This document shows positions 46,556 to 57,743 of a DNA stretch of 64,000 nt, one piece after another. The translations under genes and the position numbers were made by a program. Positions within the stretch are counted from its first letter, which is position 1. The number at the start of each line of letters is the position of its first letter. Below the pieces are notes generated by a model. It saw only the letters and a list, made by a program, of their open reading frames with translations, was not told the DNA's origin and made no database searches. This stretch comes from an uncultured Lachnospiraceae bacterium (GTDB lineage: Bacteria; Bacillota; Clostridia; UBA1381), in NCBI GenBank assembly GCA_964422725.1, contig CAYRCC010000002.1, positions 28,694 to 92,693 on the forward strand, read 5' to 3'.

Positions 46556-48077
46556 TCACACTCTTTCTTTGACAAAATGCTTTTTTACAGTTTCGCGCTC
46601 TGCGGTATTCAGTCCGATAAACCACATACTCACAGCATATACCGCACAATAAACCGCAATATTCGCCGCAAGCGCGGCAATCGTGGTACAGCCGATAATG
46701 TGCTTTGCCGCCGCACCTGCCGCAACCGTCGCAAGCATTGCCGGTAACATCTTTAATATCTGTTTCCAGAAACAAATCATATCAAGTCCCATTTTTTTGT
46801 GGTAGTAAATATTCATAAATAAACCGTTGCCGATAATCAAAGTCAGTGCCGTGCCGAACGCCGCACCGTCTATCCCCCATTTTCTTATACACGGAATACT
46901 CACAAATATATTACTCACCGCAACCGCAAGATATACAACCGACCGCGCTCTGTGCATATTTTTTGCACGCTGTATTTCTATACCGACATTTTGCAGCATC
47001 GGAATCGTCACAGGCAGCATAAGAAACAGTCCGACTCTGTACGCACCGTAATATTCCTCACCCGCCCATATACTTATAAATTCTCTCCCGAACATTACAT
47101 ATCCCGACACCGCCAGTGCCGCAACAACAAACTGTATACGTCCTATTTGGGTAAACATACCCGTAATTGTCCTGTTGTCCTTTCCTGAGGCAACAAGCAT
47201 ATTAACTCTCGGCACAAACACTCCCGATATATTAGTCGACAGTGATATATACATAGTGTTCAGCTGTGCCGCTATACCGTACACCGCCACAGCGGCAGTT
47301 CCCATCATTCTTCCGAGCAGCAGTTTGTCAACGCTCCAGTTTATCTGATCGACTATCATATTGATAAATATAAAAAACGTGAACACAAACATTTCCTTTA
47401 AAAGATTAAAATCAAAGCCTTTAAACGAAAACTTCATATTCAATCGTGTAAAACAATACCAAACATTCATTGCAAGCACAAAAACCGTCAAAAACGCACT
47501 CACCGAAACCATTCCCACAGAACCGTATCCGGCAAGCAGAAGCGGCAGTGTAAGAAACGGATTAAACAGCACACGCAAAAACTCTATCAGTCTTTGAAAG
47601 AAAAAACGCTCATGCGCCGTTATATGACTTGAAAAAACATTAGTAATAAATGTAAGTGCCATATTGAATATCATTACCGACATCAAAATACGTGCTTTTG
47701 TCAATTCCGCACCGCTGAGTCCGTCATCAAATATTTTGTCCGCATTAAACAGCATAACCGCTCCGCATAAAATGCAAATCAAGGCAATAGCCGAAAATAT
47801 CAGCATAAACATACCGTTAAGCTTAGCTATTGCTCCGCTGTCCTCTTTCACTTTATATCCGGCGTAAAAACGCATATAGCCTGCCCCAAACCCAAAGCTG
47901 AGCAGTCCAAGATACGATACAAGAGTGTACGCAAGCTGATAGAGTCCGTACTCGCTTTGACCGAGCAGTCTGAGCATTATCGGCGTGTACAATATGCTTG
48001 TAAGTATATAAACCGCTTGTGTGCAATACGCCAAAACCACGCCCGATTTTAATTGATTTATTTTCACTTTCCTCTCC
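46556..48077 (-). CDS. Wzx-type (MOP superfamily) oligosaccharide flippase
   Basis: About 12-14 TM segments. The N-terminus is VKINQLKSGVVLAYCTQAVYILTSILYTPIMLRLLGQSEYGLY. A GTG start at 48077 follows AAAGGAGAGGAAA. The track ORF extension to 48196 is unlikely. Confidence 0.75.
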
Positions 48078-48201
48078 TTTACCGCACAAAACCGCCAAAA
48101 GCTTTTACTCAAACCGGCTTTAACCGGCTTATATGTAGTCCTGACACAGACAATACCGCCGAAAATTTGTTGTTTTCGGCATTTTGTCTGCAACATTAAC
48201 G

Positions 48202-49146
48202 TTATTTGTTCAGCTTTTTTTCCTTTGCCGACTTTCTGAATTTCAGCGGAGTTATATCGGTATATTTTCTGAAAATATCGTTGTAACGCTGTTGACTGGA
48301 AAAGCCTACAGAAAGCGCAACATCGCTGATTTTCATATCGGTGTTTGCCAAAAGTTCCTTAGATGCATTAACCCTCACCTGTAAAAGATAGCTCTTAGGA
48401 CTTATTTTAAATTCGTTTTTGAAAGTGTGCGCAAAATAGCTTTCGCTGAGAAATACGTATTTTGCGACATCAGACAGCGTAAGCTCACGCGAATAGTTAT
48501 TATCAATATATTCCTTTGCGATATGCAAAAGCTCCTTTATTTTCAGTGAACGGCTCTTGATATTCTGCTCCCACTCATTTTTAAGTGTACGCGAAATAAG
48601 CACAAACAATTCCATTATAAGTAAGTGCGACATCAAATCTCCCCACATAAGGTCGAGGTCACGCTCACGCAGTATCTTTTCAAGCACCGAAATAATCTCA
48701 TTTTTCTTGCTGAGGCGCAGATGCAGAAACGCACCGGCACGGTCATCGTTGACAAATTCGATAAAGTCGTCAAGTGATGTATCTGAAATATTTGCACCCT
48801 TGGTGTCCTCAAACAAAAAGCTCAGCACTATAAATTCACAATTTTTCTCAGACTTTACGGTAAACTTATGCAGTTGGTGCGGTTTTATCATAATCATATC
48901 GTTCGGCTCAAGCACAACATTGCTGTCCGCAACCTTAAACACCGACGACCCGCGTTTCATATATACAACCTCAAAATGGTCATGCTGGTTAGGCTCCATC
49001 GACCACGACGAATCGTGCACCCGCTCAATCGACTTTACTATAACCGGCAAAAATTCCTGCTGCGCCAAAAACGCTTCCCAAGCCTTAGGCAGCTTTACCT
49101 CTGTTTCAGCCACTGTTCCGCCTCCATCCGACAAAAAATTCAACAT
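48202..49146 (-). CDS. AraC-family transcriptional regulator (cupin plus HTH)
   Basis: HDHFEVVYMKRG cupin. C-terminal LTLSDVAKYVFLSESYFAHTFK...ISDVALSVGFSSQQRYNDIFRK. Confidence 0.85.
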   Translation of the reverse strand: MLNFLSDGGGTVAETEVKLPKAWEAFLAQQEFLPVIVKSIERVHDSSWSMEPNQHDHFEVVYMKRGSSVFKVADSNVVLEPNDMIMIKPHQLHKFTVKSEKNCEFIVLSFLFEDTKGANISDTSLDDFIEFVNDDRAGAFLHLRLSKKNEIISVLEKILRERDLDLMWGDLMSHLLIMELFVLISRTLKNEWEQNIKSRSLKIKELLHIAKEYIDNNYSRELTLSDVAKYVFLSESYFAHTFKNEFKISPKSYLLQVRVNASKELLANTDMKISDVALSVGFSSQQRYNDIFRKYTDITPLKFRKSAKEKKLNK

Positions 49147-49302
49147 ATATATTATACATTTAAAAACAAAATTAGTAAAGCAAAATAAAAAAATTTATTA
49201 TTTTGTTTGCTTATTGATACACTATTGTAGTATAATATTGTATATAATGCAAATATTTTAGCACACCCCCTCTTTCTGCAGGTGGGGATATTAACAAAGG
49301 AG

Positions 49303-50442
49303 ATGGTTTTATTGGTGAAAAAGCCAAGTCTTGAACAGTTCAAATCCTTTTTTTCGGGATTCGATTTGATACTTTTCACTCTTGCATCGACGGCGGCTAT
49401 ATTCGGAATTTTTGCAATATACTCCGCAACACGCAGTATGGAAAGCATCAGCAGTGTAATAGTACAGTCGGGCGCGTTTGTGCTGGGGCTTACCATTATG
49501 ATACTTATAAGCTTGTTTGATTACGAACAGTTTTCGATACTTATAAAGTATATTTATATAGCCTGCATTATACTGCTTATACTTGTACTTATTCCGGGTA
49601 TAGGATATGCCGGCGAGTGGGGCGCACGCAGTTGGATAAGAATAACCAAATCAATAGGTTTTCAGCCGGCGGAGTTTGTAAAGCTCGGATTTACCGTAAC
49701 GTTTGCGTACCACCTATCGAGAGTCGAAGAAGAAGTAAACAATCCGCTGCAGCTGCTTTTGCTGATAGCGCATTTGGGAGTGATTATTGCGCTTATAATG
49801 TTGCAACCGGATGCCGGTACGGCAATGGTGTTCGGTTTTATGTTTGCGTGTATGCTTTTTGCGGCAAAGCTCTCGTATAAATACATTATTCCGGCAATAA
49901 TTGCCGCGGCGGCATCGGTTCCGTTTATATACTTTTTCGTGCTGAGTAATTTTCAGAAAACGCGAATACACGTATTTTTAAATCCGGAAAGTGAACCGCT
50001 CAAGGGCGGATACAACGTGATACAGTCTAAAATCGCTGTAGGTTCGGGGCAAATATTCGGCAAAGGCTATTTACAGGGAACGCAGAATCAAATGGAGTTT
50101 CTGCCTACAAAGCACACCGATTTTATCTTCAGCGTAATTTCGGAGGAATTTGGCTTTATCGGCTCTGCAATAGTGGTACTGTTGCTTGTGTCGATAATTT
50201 TGTACTGTATTCATATTGCGCAGAACGCAAACACGTCGTTCGGCAAATATATATGCATAAGCATTGCGGCTATGCTGCTTTTTCACACAGTCGAAAATAT
50301 AGGAATGTGTATCGGACTTACTCCCGTAACGGGCATACCGCTGCCGTTCATCAGCTACGGCGGTTCATCGCTTTTGACAAATATGACCGCATTGGGACTT
50401 GTAATGAGTGTGTCACGACAAAGCGGAAACACAATGTTTTAG
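49303..50442 (+). CDS. SEDS-family peptidoglycan glycosyltransferase (FtsW/RodA/SpoVE)
   Basis: IQPAEFVKL, MLQPDAGTA, QSKIAVGSGQIFGKG, LPTKHTDFIFSVISEEFGF and IPLPFISYGGSSL. The start is ambiguous among ATG 49303, TTG 49312 and GTG 49315, all after AAAGGAG. Confidence 0.85.
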   Translation: MVLLVKKPSLEQFKSFFSGFDLILFTLASTAAIFGIFAIYSATRSMESISSVIVQSGAFVLGLTIMILISLFDYEQFSILIKYIYIACIILLILVLIPGIGYAGEWGARSWIRITKSIGFQPAEFVKLGFTVTFAYHLSRVEEEVNNPLQLLLLIAHLGVIIALIMLQPDAGTAMVFGFMFACMLFAAKLSYKYIIPAIIAAAASVPFIYFFVLSNFQKTRIHVFLNPESEPLKGGYNVIQSKIAVGSGQIFGKGYLQGTQNQMEFLPTKHTDFIFSVISEEFGFIGSAIVVLLLVSIILYCIHIAQNANTSFGKYICISIAAMLLFHTVENIGMCIGLTPVTGIPLPFISYGGSSLLTNMTALGLVMSVSRQSGNTMF

Positions 50443-50874
50443 CAACTTTAAAAAGTGACGGATTTTTCATTAAGGACAAAGTCACTTGCCGCTGTCCGCA
50501 AACAGCGAAAATCCCGTCAAAAATTTCAAACGAAACCAATAAATGCACTCTGAGGCTGTCAGCAAAATACCGACAGCCTCAGCTACAGCCTTTTCAAACG
50601 TTTTTATCTATAATTCACAAAAATCTATAAAATCATTTTATACATATTTATTCAAACATTGTGTTTTTAAAGTCCTCAAGTTATGCAAAACCCCCAAAAA
50701 TAATTTATTTTTTTCTGCCATTTTTATCATAGTTATTTTGTTTGATTGATGTTATAATATGCTTTAGCAAACTGTACAAACCGAAAGGAGGGCAGTCGTC
50801 ATTTTTATGCATGGTGCATAGCATTTTGGATAATTCAGTATCATTTTAAGAGAGAAAAGGAGTTTGGGATTTTT

Positions 50875-53800
50875 ATGTTCAAAAGAATTTTGGCTGTAAT
50901 GCTTGCGGCAAGCGTATCGTTTTCGGCAAGTATCGTTATGCCTATGACAAACACCGCCCGCGCTGCAAGTGCACGCTATATGGAGGCACTTGACAGAGGA
51001 CTTGTCGCTATGAAAACCGATTCGGGCATCTATATGAGCTGGCGTTTGCTTGGCACGGAAAATTATAACACAAGCTTTAATGTCTACAAAAACAATTCTT
51101 TAATCGCAACAGTAAGTGACAGCACAAACTATCTTGACACATCGGGTACAATAACCGATTCATACAGCGTTGCTCCGTCATCGGGGGCAAAATGCAGTGC
51201 GGTAACCGCTTTTTCAAGCGGCGAAAACTTCATTGACATTCCTCTTGCTCCGCTTGACGATTACATCGCACCCGACGGCACTGCATACGAATACGAGGCA
51301 AAGGACGCAAGTGTGGGGGATTTGGACGGCGACGGTCAATACGAAATCGTAATTAAGCGTGAGGCTAACCGTCAGCACGCCGGCGCGGCAGGCTTTAACC
51401 ACATGTACCTTGAGGCATACGAAACGGACGGAACGGTGCTTTGGCGCATAGATATGGGACAAAATATGCGTGCTATGACTGAATTTTCTTTCTTGGTATA
51501 TGATTTCAACAATGACGACACAGCGGAAATTGCCTGTAAAACAGCTCCCGGCACTGTCGACGGCACAGGCAAATATGTGACGGCGGCAAGCCAAAGCTCG
51601 GCAATCAAAAACGCCGACAACACAGCCGACTATCACGATTCAAACGGCTATATTCTGTCAGGTCCCGAATACTATACATTGTTTGACGGAAGAAACGGCG
51701 CAGCACTCGATACTATTATGTATCCTATGCTCCGCGGTACGGATTCAGCCAACACTCTAAACTACATCTGGGGTGACAACTACGGACACCGCGCGGAAAA
51801 ATGTATGTCGGTTGTGGCATATCTGGACGGAGTAAATCCGAATATCGTTTTGTGGAGAGGTATTTATTTCGGACAAAGCAGATACGGTGACGGACGTACG
51901 GCAGCGGCGGCACTGAGCGTAAATTCTTCAAACAGACTGGTTGTGGGAAACCGCTTTGACACATGGTCGGGACAAAACGGCTACACAAACGGTAACGAGC
52001 AGTACATCGGACAAGGCAACCACAACCTTACAGTCGGTGATGTTGACAACGACGGCTGTGATGAGGTTCTTTCCGGCGGTCTTTGCCTTGACCAGAATAT
52101 GAAACCGCTGTGGTGTTCATACAGAGGGCACGGCGATGCACTGCATTTGGGCGAGTACGACCCGACAAACGATACTCTCGAATTTTTCACAGTTCACGAA
52201 GAAGGCAATTCAACCGCATATGACGGTACAGCTCTTGACTACGGTATGACACTGTTCGATGCAAAAGACGGCACCGAAAGACTGCATATCGGAGCAACCG
52301 GCGACACAGGCAGAGGAGTTATGGCAAATCTCGGTATGGGCGGTTATTATCAGATATGGGGAGTAGGCTGTTACAATGCAAACGGCGGCAACAGCTTTAC
52401 GGAAAGCTCAATCGTGCCAAGCTCATACAACTTCCGCATTTTCTGGGACGGCGATATGTATGACGAGCTTTTGGATGCAACCAATCCGGCAAAAACATAT
52501 ACTCCTACCGTATTTAAATACAATTCCTCGGCAAACGCAATGGAAACACTGTTTGTAAGCGATGAAACGCTCACAATCAACGGCACAAAAGCAACTCCTA
52601 TTCTTCAGGCTGATATGTTCGGTGACTGGCGCGAGGAGTTTATAGCCGTAACAAACGACTATCAGGCTATAAGAGTATATACAACAAATATTCCGACAAC
52701 AAATAAGCTGTACACGCTAATGCACGATTCTATGTATCGTCAAGCGGTTGCATGGCAGAACCAATACTACAAACAGCCGCCGCACATCAGCTATTATGTG
52801 AGTGACAGCTATGATTCATACGACCAAAGAGCCGTAAAGCCTAACATTCAAACGGTAAGCTATTCGGGGTCTTCCCCTTCGGCAACGGCAACCCCGATTA
52901 AATCCGGAGTAAAAACAAGAAATCCGAACTACATCATTGACGAGGACGGCGACTATTACACTGCACAAAGAAATATTGTCGGCGGTTCGGGTGTAGGCGG
53001 TCAGACAGGCTCGGACGTTTGGACATTTTCGGGATATACATACGGCTTTATGTCAGCCGCGGCACAGACAAACAAGTATTTCTGGAAAAGCGGCGGCGTA
53101 ACAAACAACAACGGTAAATTCCTTATGTTTGCCGCAAACGGAAAAAATTCGACATTTACCGCTATGAACAACGCCGACGGTATATCCGCGACAGGCGTAT
53201 TCAGCTTTGATTTTGCAATACCTATGTCGTATTCAAATACAGGCTATGTCGCAAGGGGAAATGCAAACAGCTATGTATACCTCGGTGACGGTACGGATAC
53301 GGATATTACATTCGGATTTATTCCGACAATTTCAAATTCGGCAGTAACATCGGCAGACTTCACAATCAACGGCGAAACGGTTCACACCTTCACAAGCGGT
53401 GAGGCCGCACAAACCTGGACACACGTTGACTGTGTTCTTGACCACGATGCGAAAACAGCAAAAATAACCGCCTCATATGCTGACGGCACAACAAGCACTA
53501 CCGAAACAACCTGGACCGATGAGGACGAAATCTGTGCTGTCAAGGTAAATCCGGGAACTACGTGGGGTACAATTTTGCTTGATGAAATTAAGCTGTACGA
53601 AACAGACGGTATTTTGCAGGAATTCTGGTCAGAGGACTTTGAGGGCAGTGCACACAAATTCTCGCCTATAACCTCAGGCTACTCCGATTACACCTACCAC
53701 ACAACCGACCCGTCAACAGCAAATTCGTTAAACTCAACAGTTTACGGAGTAGGCTCGCGCGCCGGCGGTGATACGGGAGTACAGTCATCGGCAATCGGCG

Positions 53801-54795
53801 GTTCGGCTTACAAAAACATAACGGTTGATATGGATTTGAAACTTGATGCCTGTATGTCGGGCAAAGGTTCGGCGGTGTCGCTTTTGGGTTCGGCGTGCAA
53901 AGCAAATTACCTGTCAAGCACATCTCAGATTTTGACGGTATCCGCCTCAGCCGGCGGCAACGGCTACTGGAGCAGTGTTACAATCAACGGTACGGATATC
54001 ACATCTGCCGCAAATGTAAACAACGGCACGGCAAACGGCGAAAGTGCCGGTACGGCATACACTTCATCGGGAGTGGTTTTCAACAGTCTTAACAGAGATA
54101 CTACAGGTTGGCTGCATCTTACGGCTATCCCTGATTTCGACTCACAGACCGTTGATGTAACTCTTACAAGAAAATCCACAGGTGATGTGGTTTATTCCGG
54201 CACGTTAAACTTTGTAGGTTCGGCGGACAGTCTTGAATACATCTACGCGGCAGGCGGAAAATATTACGGTGCGGTATGGCTGGATAATATTTCAATAACA
54301 GGCTACGGTTCCGCATCAACCCCAGACAGCGGCAGTACCGACAGCTCGACTGCGGTTACCGGCACAGATGTTATATGGAATTTCGGCTCAAGCTCGTTTG
54401 TAAACCTCGGCACTGTTTCATCGGCAACTACCGTTGACAATTTGACAATCAACGCTACAAGTGCCAAAACCGTTAAAGTATCAACATCAGGTGCATACAC
54501 AGTAAACGGCACAAGCTACAGCACTATGCTGGCACTCGGCGGCGGCGGTGCCACAGGGTATCGTTCGATTGCTTTCAATGTAAGCGGTCCTTGCACGATT
54601 AAAGTTGTCGGCAAATCATCGGGAAGCACTACAAGAACTCTTGCCGTTTCCGACGGTACTAACGAAATCGGTACAATAAGTCAAACAAGCTCGCTTGCGG
54701 AAAACAGTTACAGCTACACCGGCGGTGCAGGCACAATTTATCTGTACTCGAAGGGCAGCGGTATAAACCTTTACGAAATAAGCGTAAATTACTAA
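50875..54795 (+). CDS. Second secreted multidomain PL11 rhamnogalacturonan lyase, paralog of 22440..26417
   Basis: Signal peptide. LDRGLVAMKTDSGIYMSWRLLGTENYNTSFNVYKNN, VGDLDGDGQYEIV, YDFNNDDTAEI, VGDVDNDGCDE, MFGDWREEFI and WQNQYYKQPPHISYY. The long C-terminal region is rich in Ser, Thr and Gly. Confidence 0.8.
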   Translation: MFKRILAVMLAASVSFSASIVMPMTNTARAASARYMEALDRGLVAMKTDSGIYMSWRLLGTENYNTSFNVYKNNSLIATVSDSTNYLDTSGTITDSYSVAPSSGAKCSAVTAFSSGENFIDIPLAPLDDYIAPDGTAYEYEAKDASVGDLDGDGQYEIVIKREANRQHAGAAGFNHMYLEAYETDGTVLWRIDMGQNMRAMTEFSFLVYDFNNDDTAEIACKTAPGTVDGTGKYVTAASQSSAIKNADNTADYHDSNGYILSGPEYYTLFDGRNGAALDTIMYPMLRGTDSANTLNYIWGDNYGHRAEKCMSVVAYLDGVNPNIVLWRGIYFGQSRYGDGRTAAAALSVNSSNRLVVGNRFDTWSGQNGYTNGNEQYIGQGNHNLTVGDVDNDGCDEVLSGGLCLDQNMKPLWCSYRGHGDALHLGEYDPTNDTLEFFTVHEEGNSTAYDGTALDYGMTLFDAKDGTERLHIGATGDTGRGVMANLGMGGYYQIWGVGCYNANGGNSFTESSIVPSSYNFRIFWDGDMYDELLDATNPAKTYTPTVFKYNSSANAMETLFVSDETLTINGTKATPILQADMFGDWREEFIAVTNDYQAIRVYTTNIPTTNKLYTLMHDSMYRQAVAWQNQYYKQPPHISYYVSDSYDSYDQRAVKPNIQTVSYSGSSPSATATPIKSGVKTRNPNYIIDEDGDYYTAQRNIVGGSGVGGQTGSDVWTFSGYTYGFMSAAAQTNKYFWKSGGVTNNNGKFLMFAANGKNSTFTAMNNADGISATGVFSFDFAIPMSYSNTGYVARGNANSYVYLGDGTDTDITFGFIPTISNSAVTSADFTINGETVHTFTSGEAAQTWTHVDCVLDHDAKTAKITASYADGTTSTTETTWTDEDEICAVKVNPGTTWGTILLDEIKLYETDGILQEFWSEDFEGSAHKFSPITSGYSDYTYHTTDPSTANSLNSTVYGVGSRAGGDTGVQSSAIGGSAYKNITVDMDLKLDACMSGKGSAVSLLGSACKANYLSSTSQILTVSASAGGNGYWSSVTINGTDITSAANVNNGTANGESAGTAYTSSGVVFNSLNRDTTGWLHLTAIPDFDSQTVDVTLTRKSTGDVVYSGTLNFVGSADSLEYIYAAGGKYYGAVWLDNISITGYGSASTPDSGSTDSSTAVTGTDVIWNFGSSSFVNLGTVSSATTVDNLTINATSAKTVKVSTSGAYTVNGTSYSTMLALGGGGATGYRSIAFNVSGPCTIKVVGKSSGSTTRTLAVSDGTNEIGTISQTSSLAENSYSYTGGAGTIYLYSKGSGINLYEISVNY

Positions 54796-54831
54796 AAGCC
54801 GAGAGAGCTTAAAAAGAACCGTAAAAACAAC

Positions 54832-54875
54832 AAAAACAGCCTTCTATGCGAATATGTGCATAGAAGGCTGTTTTT
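54832..54875. terminator. Bidirectional rho-independent terminator between the PL11 gene and sbcC
   Basis: AAAAA-CAGCCTTCTATGC, 8-nt loop, GCATAGAAGGCTG-TTTTT (13-bp perfect stem). Confidence 0.75.
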
Positions 54876-54980
54876 ATGCAATGTTATATCAGAGTTTCCG
54901 GTATAAGTAATTTTTTGTGGCTTTTTATTTCACATTTTTCAATTTATTTCCGGTGTAATCACACCTACCCCCTACATTCC

Positions 54981-57743
54981 CTAAACGCGTACCTGTGCAC
55001 TGCTGCCGCCGCACTTGTTTTTCACAACCACTATCTGTTTATCTATCCGCTCCTTCAGCTCCTCAACATGGGATATAATACCTATCTGCCTGTTTTTATC
55101 CGTCAAACTCACAAGCGCATCCAATGCCTGTTTCAGCGATTCCTCATCAAGCGAACCAAAGCCCTCATCAACAAACATACTGTCCAGCCTGATACCGCCC
55201 GCGCCGGACTGCACCTCGTCCGCAAGTCCCAACGCCAGTGAAAGTGATGCCTTAAACGCCTCACCGCCGGAAAGCGTTTTTACGCTCCGCTGTGTACTGT
55301 TATAGTGGTCGGTTACATCAAGCTCAAGTCCGCTCTGCGAACGGTTGTTTTCCGCCTCGGCTCTGCGTTTAAGCTCGTACTGTCCGCCGGACATAACCAT
55401 AAGGCGAGTGTTTGCGCGCGCAATTATTCTGTCAAAATAAGCGGCTTGTATATATGCCTCAAGCATAACCTTTTCTTTACCGGAAATATTTCCGTTCGCG
55501 GTATCGGAAAGTGCCTTCACCCATACAAGTCTTTCCTCCGCCGACTTCAACTGTTCACACTTCTCCCCTATTCTTTTTTCACATTCCGAATTTACGCTGA
55601 TTCTTGCATAAACCTCCGCACTTTCACCGCTCAGCTGTACTTTTTTCAAATTAAGCTTTTCTTTTTGTGCGGTCATTTCCACAACATCAATTTCGTCGAT
55701 ATCCGTCAGCTGACCTTCAAGCACCGCACACCGCTCCTTTATTGCGTTTATTTCCTCACTGCACCTGCCGTAAGCCTCTGCCGCATTGTCAAGCTCCGAC
55801 TGTATTCTTGCCCGTTCTCTCTTTAATTCCTCCACCCTCTTTGCCGCGTCCGACTTACTTTCAAATTTCAGCTCGCTCGCTATTTTCTCTATGTTCTCCG
55901 CCGCGGCATTGATTTGTGCTTCCGTCGCCGACAGCTTTTCCCGATTTTCCTGTATTTTAGCTTTTTCCGTTTCTGCTTCACTCTCCGTCTGCGGAATTAG
56001 TATGTCAAGCTCTTTTATGCGTTCTTCTTTTTTATGTTCTGCTGATATTTCCTTTTTCAGCTGTTCTATCTTTTCCTGTGTACTGCCGACAGCCTCGTCT
56101 ATACACGCTTTTGCACCGTCAACACTGTCTGTCTTCAGCATTTCATAAGCCTTATCTTCAATTTGTGATTTTTTTGCCGCCGCAACCCCTCTGATATGTG
56201 CCGCCGCCGCACTTTTCTCTCTCATAAGCTCCGCCGCACTGTCAAGCTCCGTTTTCGCCTTTTTCAGCTTTGTTTCACTCGGTGCATCCGATTCCGTTCT
56301 CGCCGGCATTGGGTGCTGTGTCGAACCGCACACCGGACACGGCATACCCTCTTTAAGTTCACTCGCCAAAACTCCCGCCTGACAGTCAAGAAAAGCTCTG
56401 TTTAACACGTTGTAATACTCCGCCTTTTCGGCGTTCAGCTCAGCCGCCGCCGTATATTCGGCTTTGGTATTTTCCAATTCTGCCGACAGCTTATCGTATC
56501 CGACAATTTCTTTTTTCAGTGCCTCAAGTCGTTTTGCGCGCTCCGTTTCACTTTCAAGCTCATTTACGAGCTTTTCCCGCACAACGCTGCTCTGCGAATA
56601 CGACTGCCTTTCCTCTTTAAATACGGCTGTTCTGTTTTGCAAATCGTCAAGCCGCGACTGTCTGTCAAGCTGTTCCAAGCTCAGACTCTCATTTATTTTT
56701 ACATTTTCTTTATATAACTTTCTTGCCCGTTCAAGCTCGTCATATCGGTCAAATGTATTCTCAACGGTAATTATTTCAAACTGCAATCTCTCGATTTTCT
56801 CTTTGCTGTCCGCTTTCTCCGCCAATGCACTTTTGAGTGTTTCCAACTGTGCGCTCTTTTCTGCCATAACGGCATTTGCGGTCTTTAACGATATTCGCGC
56901 TTTTTCCGTTTCCTCCGCCCTACCGAGCAATCGGTTAATGCTTTCAAGCTCTGTTTCCGTTTTTTCCAGTTCACTTTTTATATCGTTTTCTCTTTCTTTG
57001 TCCGCACTTATAATTCTTTTCAAAAGAGCCGAAATCTCGCCGTACAGCATACCTCCGTTTTTGGCTTTTCCCGTTTCACTCATAAGCTCGGCATTATTTC
57101 CGCAAACGATTCCGTTAATATACTGCGCCGTACTTTCCTTTACCCGTTCACAGTTTTTCAAAAGCCGCAGCGTTTCATCTTTCAGCTTTTCCTGCAGCTG
57201 CCTGTAACAGTCGGTTTTAAATATTTCGCGGAAAATTCTTTTGCGCTCCTCTGTCGGCGCAAACAACAGCCGCATAAAATCACCCTGTGCAATCATAGAA
57301 ATCTGCAAAAACTGACTTCGGTCAAGTCCTACAACCTCACGCACCGCATTGTTGACATCTTTTATCTTCGTAACAATTCTGCCGTCCGGATACACAAACT
57401 CTGCGCCCGGCTTTTGAACCGTCATACCGCCGCCTTTTCTGGCTTTTCGCTCATACTCCGGATTTCGCCGAACCGTATATACCTCTTTGCCGTACTCGAA
57501 CGTCAGCTCCACCTCAGTCGGCGTATCGGCTTCGGCATACTTTGAACGCAGCATGGTACTCTCGCGGTTTTCACCGCTCGCCTCGCCGTACAGAGCATAT
57601 GTTATCGCATCAAATATCGTGGTTTTGCCGGCACCGGTGTCACCCGTAATAAGGTACAGACCACCGCCGAGCTTAGTCATATCAAGCTCCTCTTTTTCCG
57701 CATACGGTCCGAACGCACAAATTATAAGTTTTAGCGGTTTCAT
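54981..57743 (-). CDS. sbcC: SbcC (Rad50-like) exonuclease ATPase subunit
   Basis: Walker [15 protein letters not shown], long coiled coil, zinc hook CPVCGS, signature LSGGEAF and Walker [12 protein letters not shown]. Confidence 0.9.
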   Translation of the reverse strand: MKPLKLIICAFGPYAEKEELDMTKLGGGLYLITGDTGAGKTTIFDAITYALYGEASGENRESTMLRSKYAEADTPTEVELTFEYGKEVYTVRRNPEYERKARKGGGMTVQKPGAEFVYPDGRIVTKIKDVNNAVREVVGLDRSQFLQISMIAQGDFMRLLFAPTEERKRIFREIFKTDCYRQLQEKLKDETLRLLKNCERVKESTAQYINGIVCGNNAELMSETGKAKNGGMLYGEISALLKRIISADKERENDIKSELEKTETELESINRLLGRAEETEKARISLKTANAVMAEKSAQLETLKSALAEKADSKEKIERLQFEIITVENTFDRYDELERARKLYKENVKINESLSLEQLDRQSRLDDLQNRTAVFKEERQSYSQSSVVREKLVNELESETERAKRLEALKKEIVGYDKLSAELENTKAEYTAAAELNAEKAEYYNVLNRAFLDCQAGVLASELKEGMPCPVCGSTQHPMPARTESDAPSETKLKKAKTELDSAAELMREKSAAAAHIRGVAAAKKSQIEDKAYEMLKTDSVDGAKACIDEAVGSTQEKIEQLKKEISAEHKKEERIKELDILIPQTESEAETEKAKIQENREKLSATEAQINAAAENIEKIASELKFESKSDAAKRVEELKRERARIQSELDNAAEAYGRCSEEINAIKERCAVLEGQLTDIDEIDVVEMTAQKEKLNLKKVQLSGESAEVYARISVNSECEKRIGEKCEQLKSAEERLVWVKALSDTANGNISGKEKVMLEAYIQAAYFDRIIARANTRLMVMSGGQYELKRRAEAENNRSQSGLELDVTDHYNSTQRSVKTLSGGEAFKASLSLALGLADEVQSGAGGIRLDSMFVDEGFGSLDEESLKQALDALVSLTDKNRQIGIISHVEELKERIDKQIVVVKNKCGGSSAQVRV

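Noticed and set aside
48557-49261. 234-aa plus-strand ORF overlapping the AraC gene
   Set aside because: It is antisense to a complete AraC regulator with cupin and HTH motifs. It is Ser-rich, low-complexity and has no RBS.
50550-50582. Hairpin CTGAGGCTGTC...GACAGCCTCAG downstream of the SEDS gene, considered as a terminator
   Set aside because: The stem is good (11 bp) but no U tract follows immediately. It may still attenuate transcription, but it is not confident enough to list as a feature.
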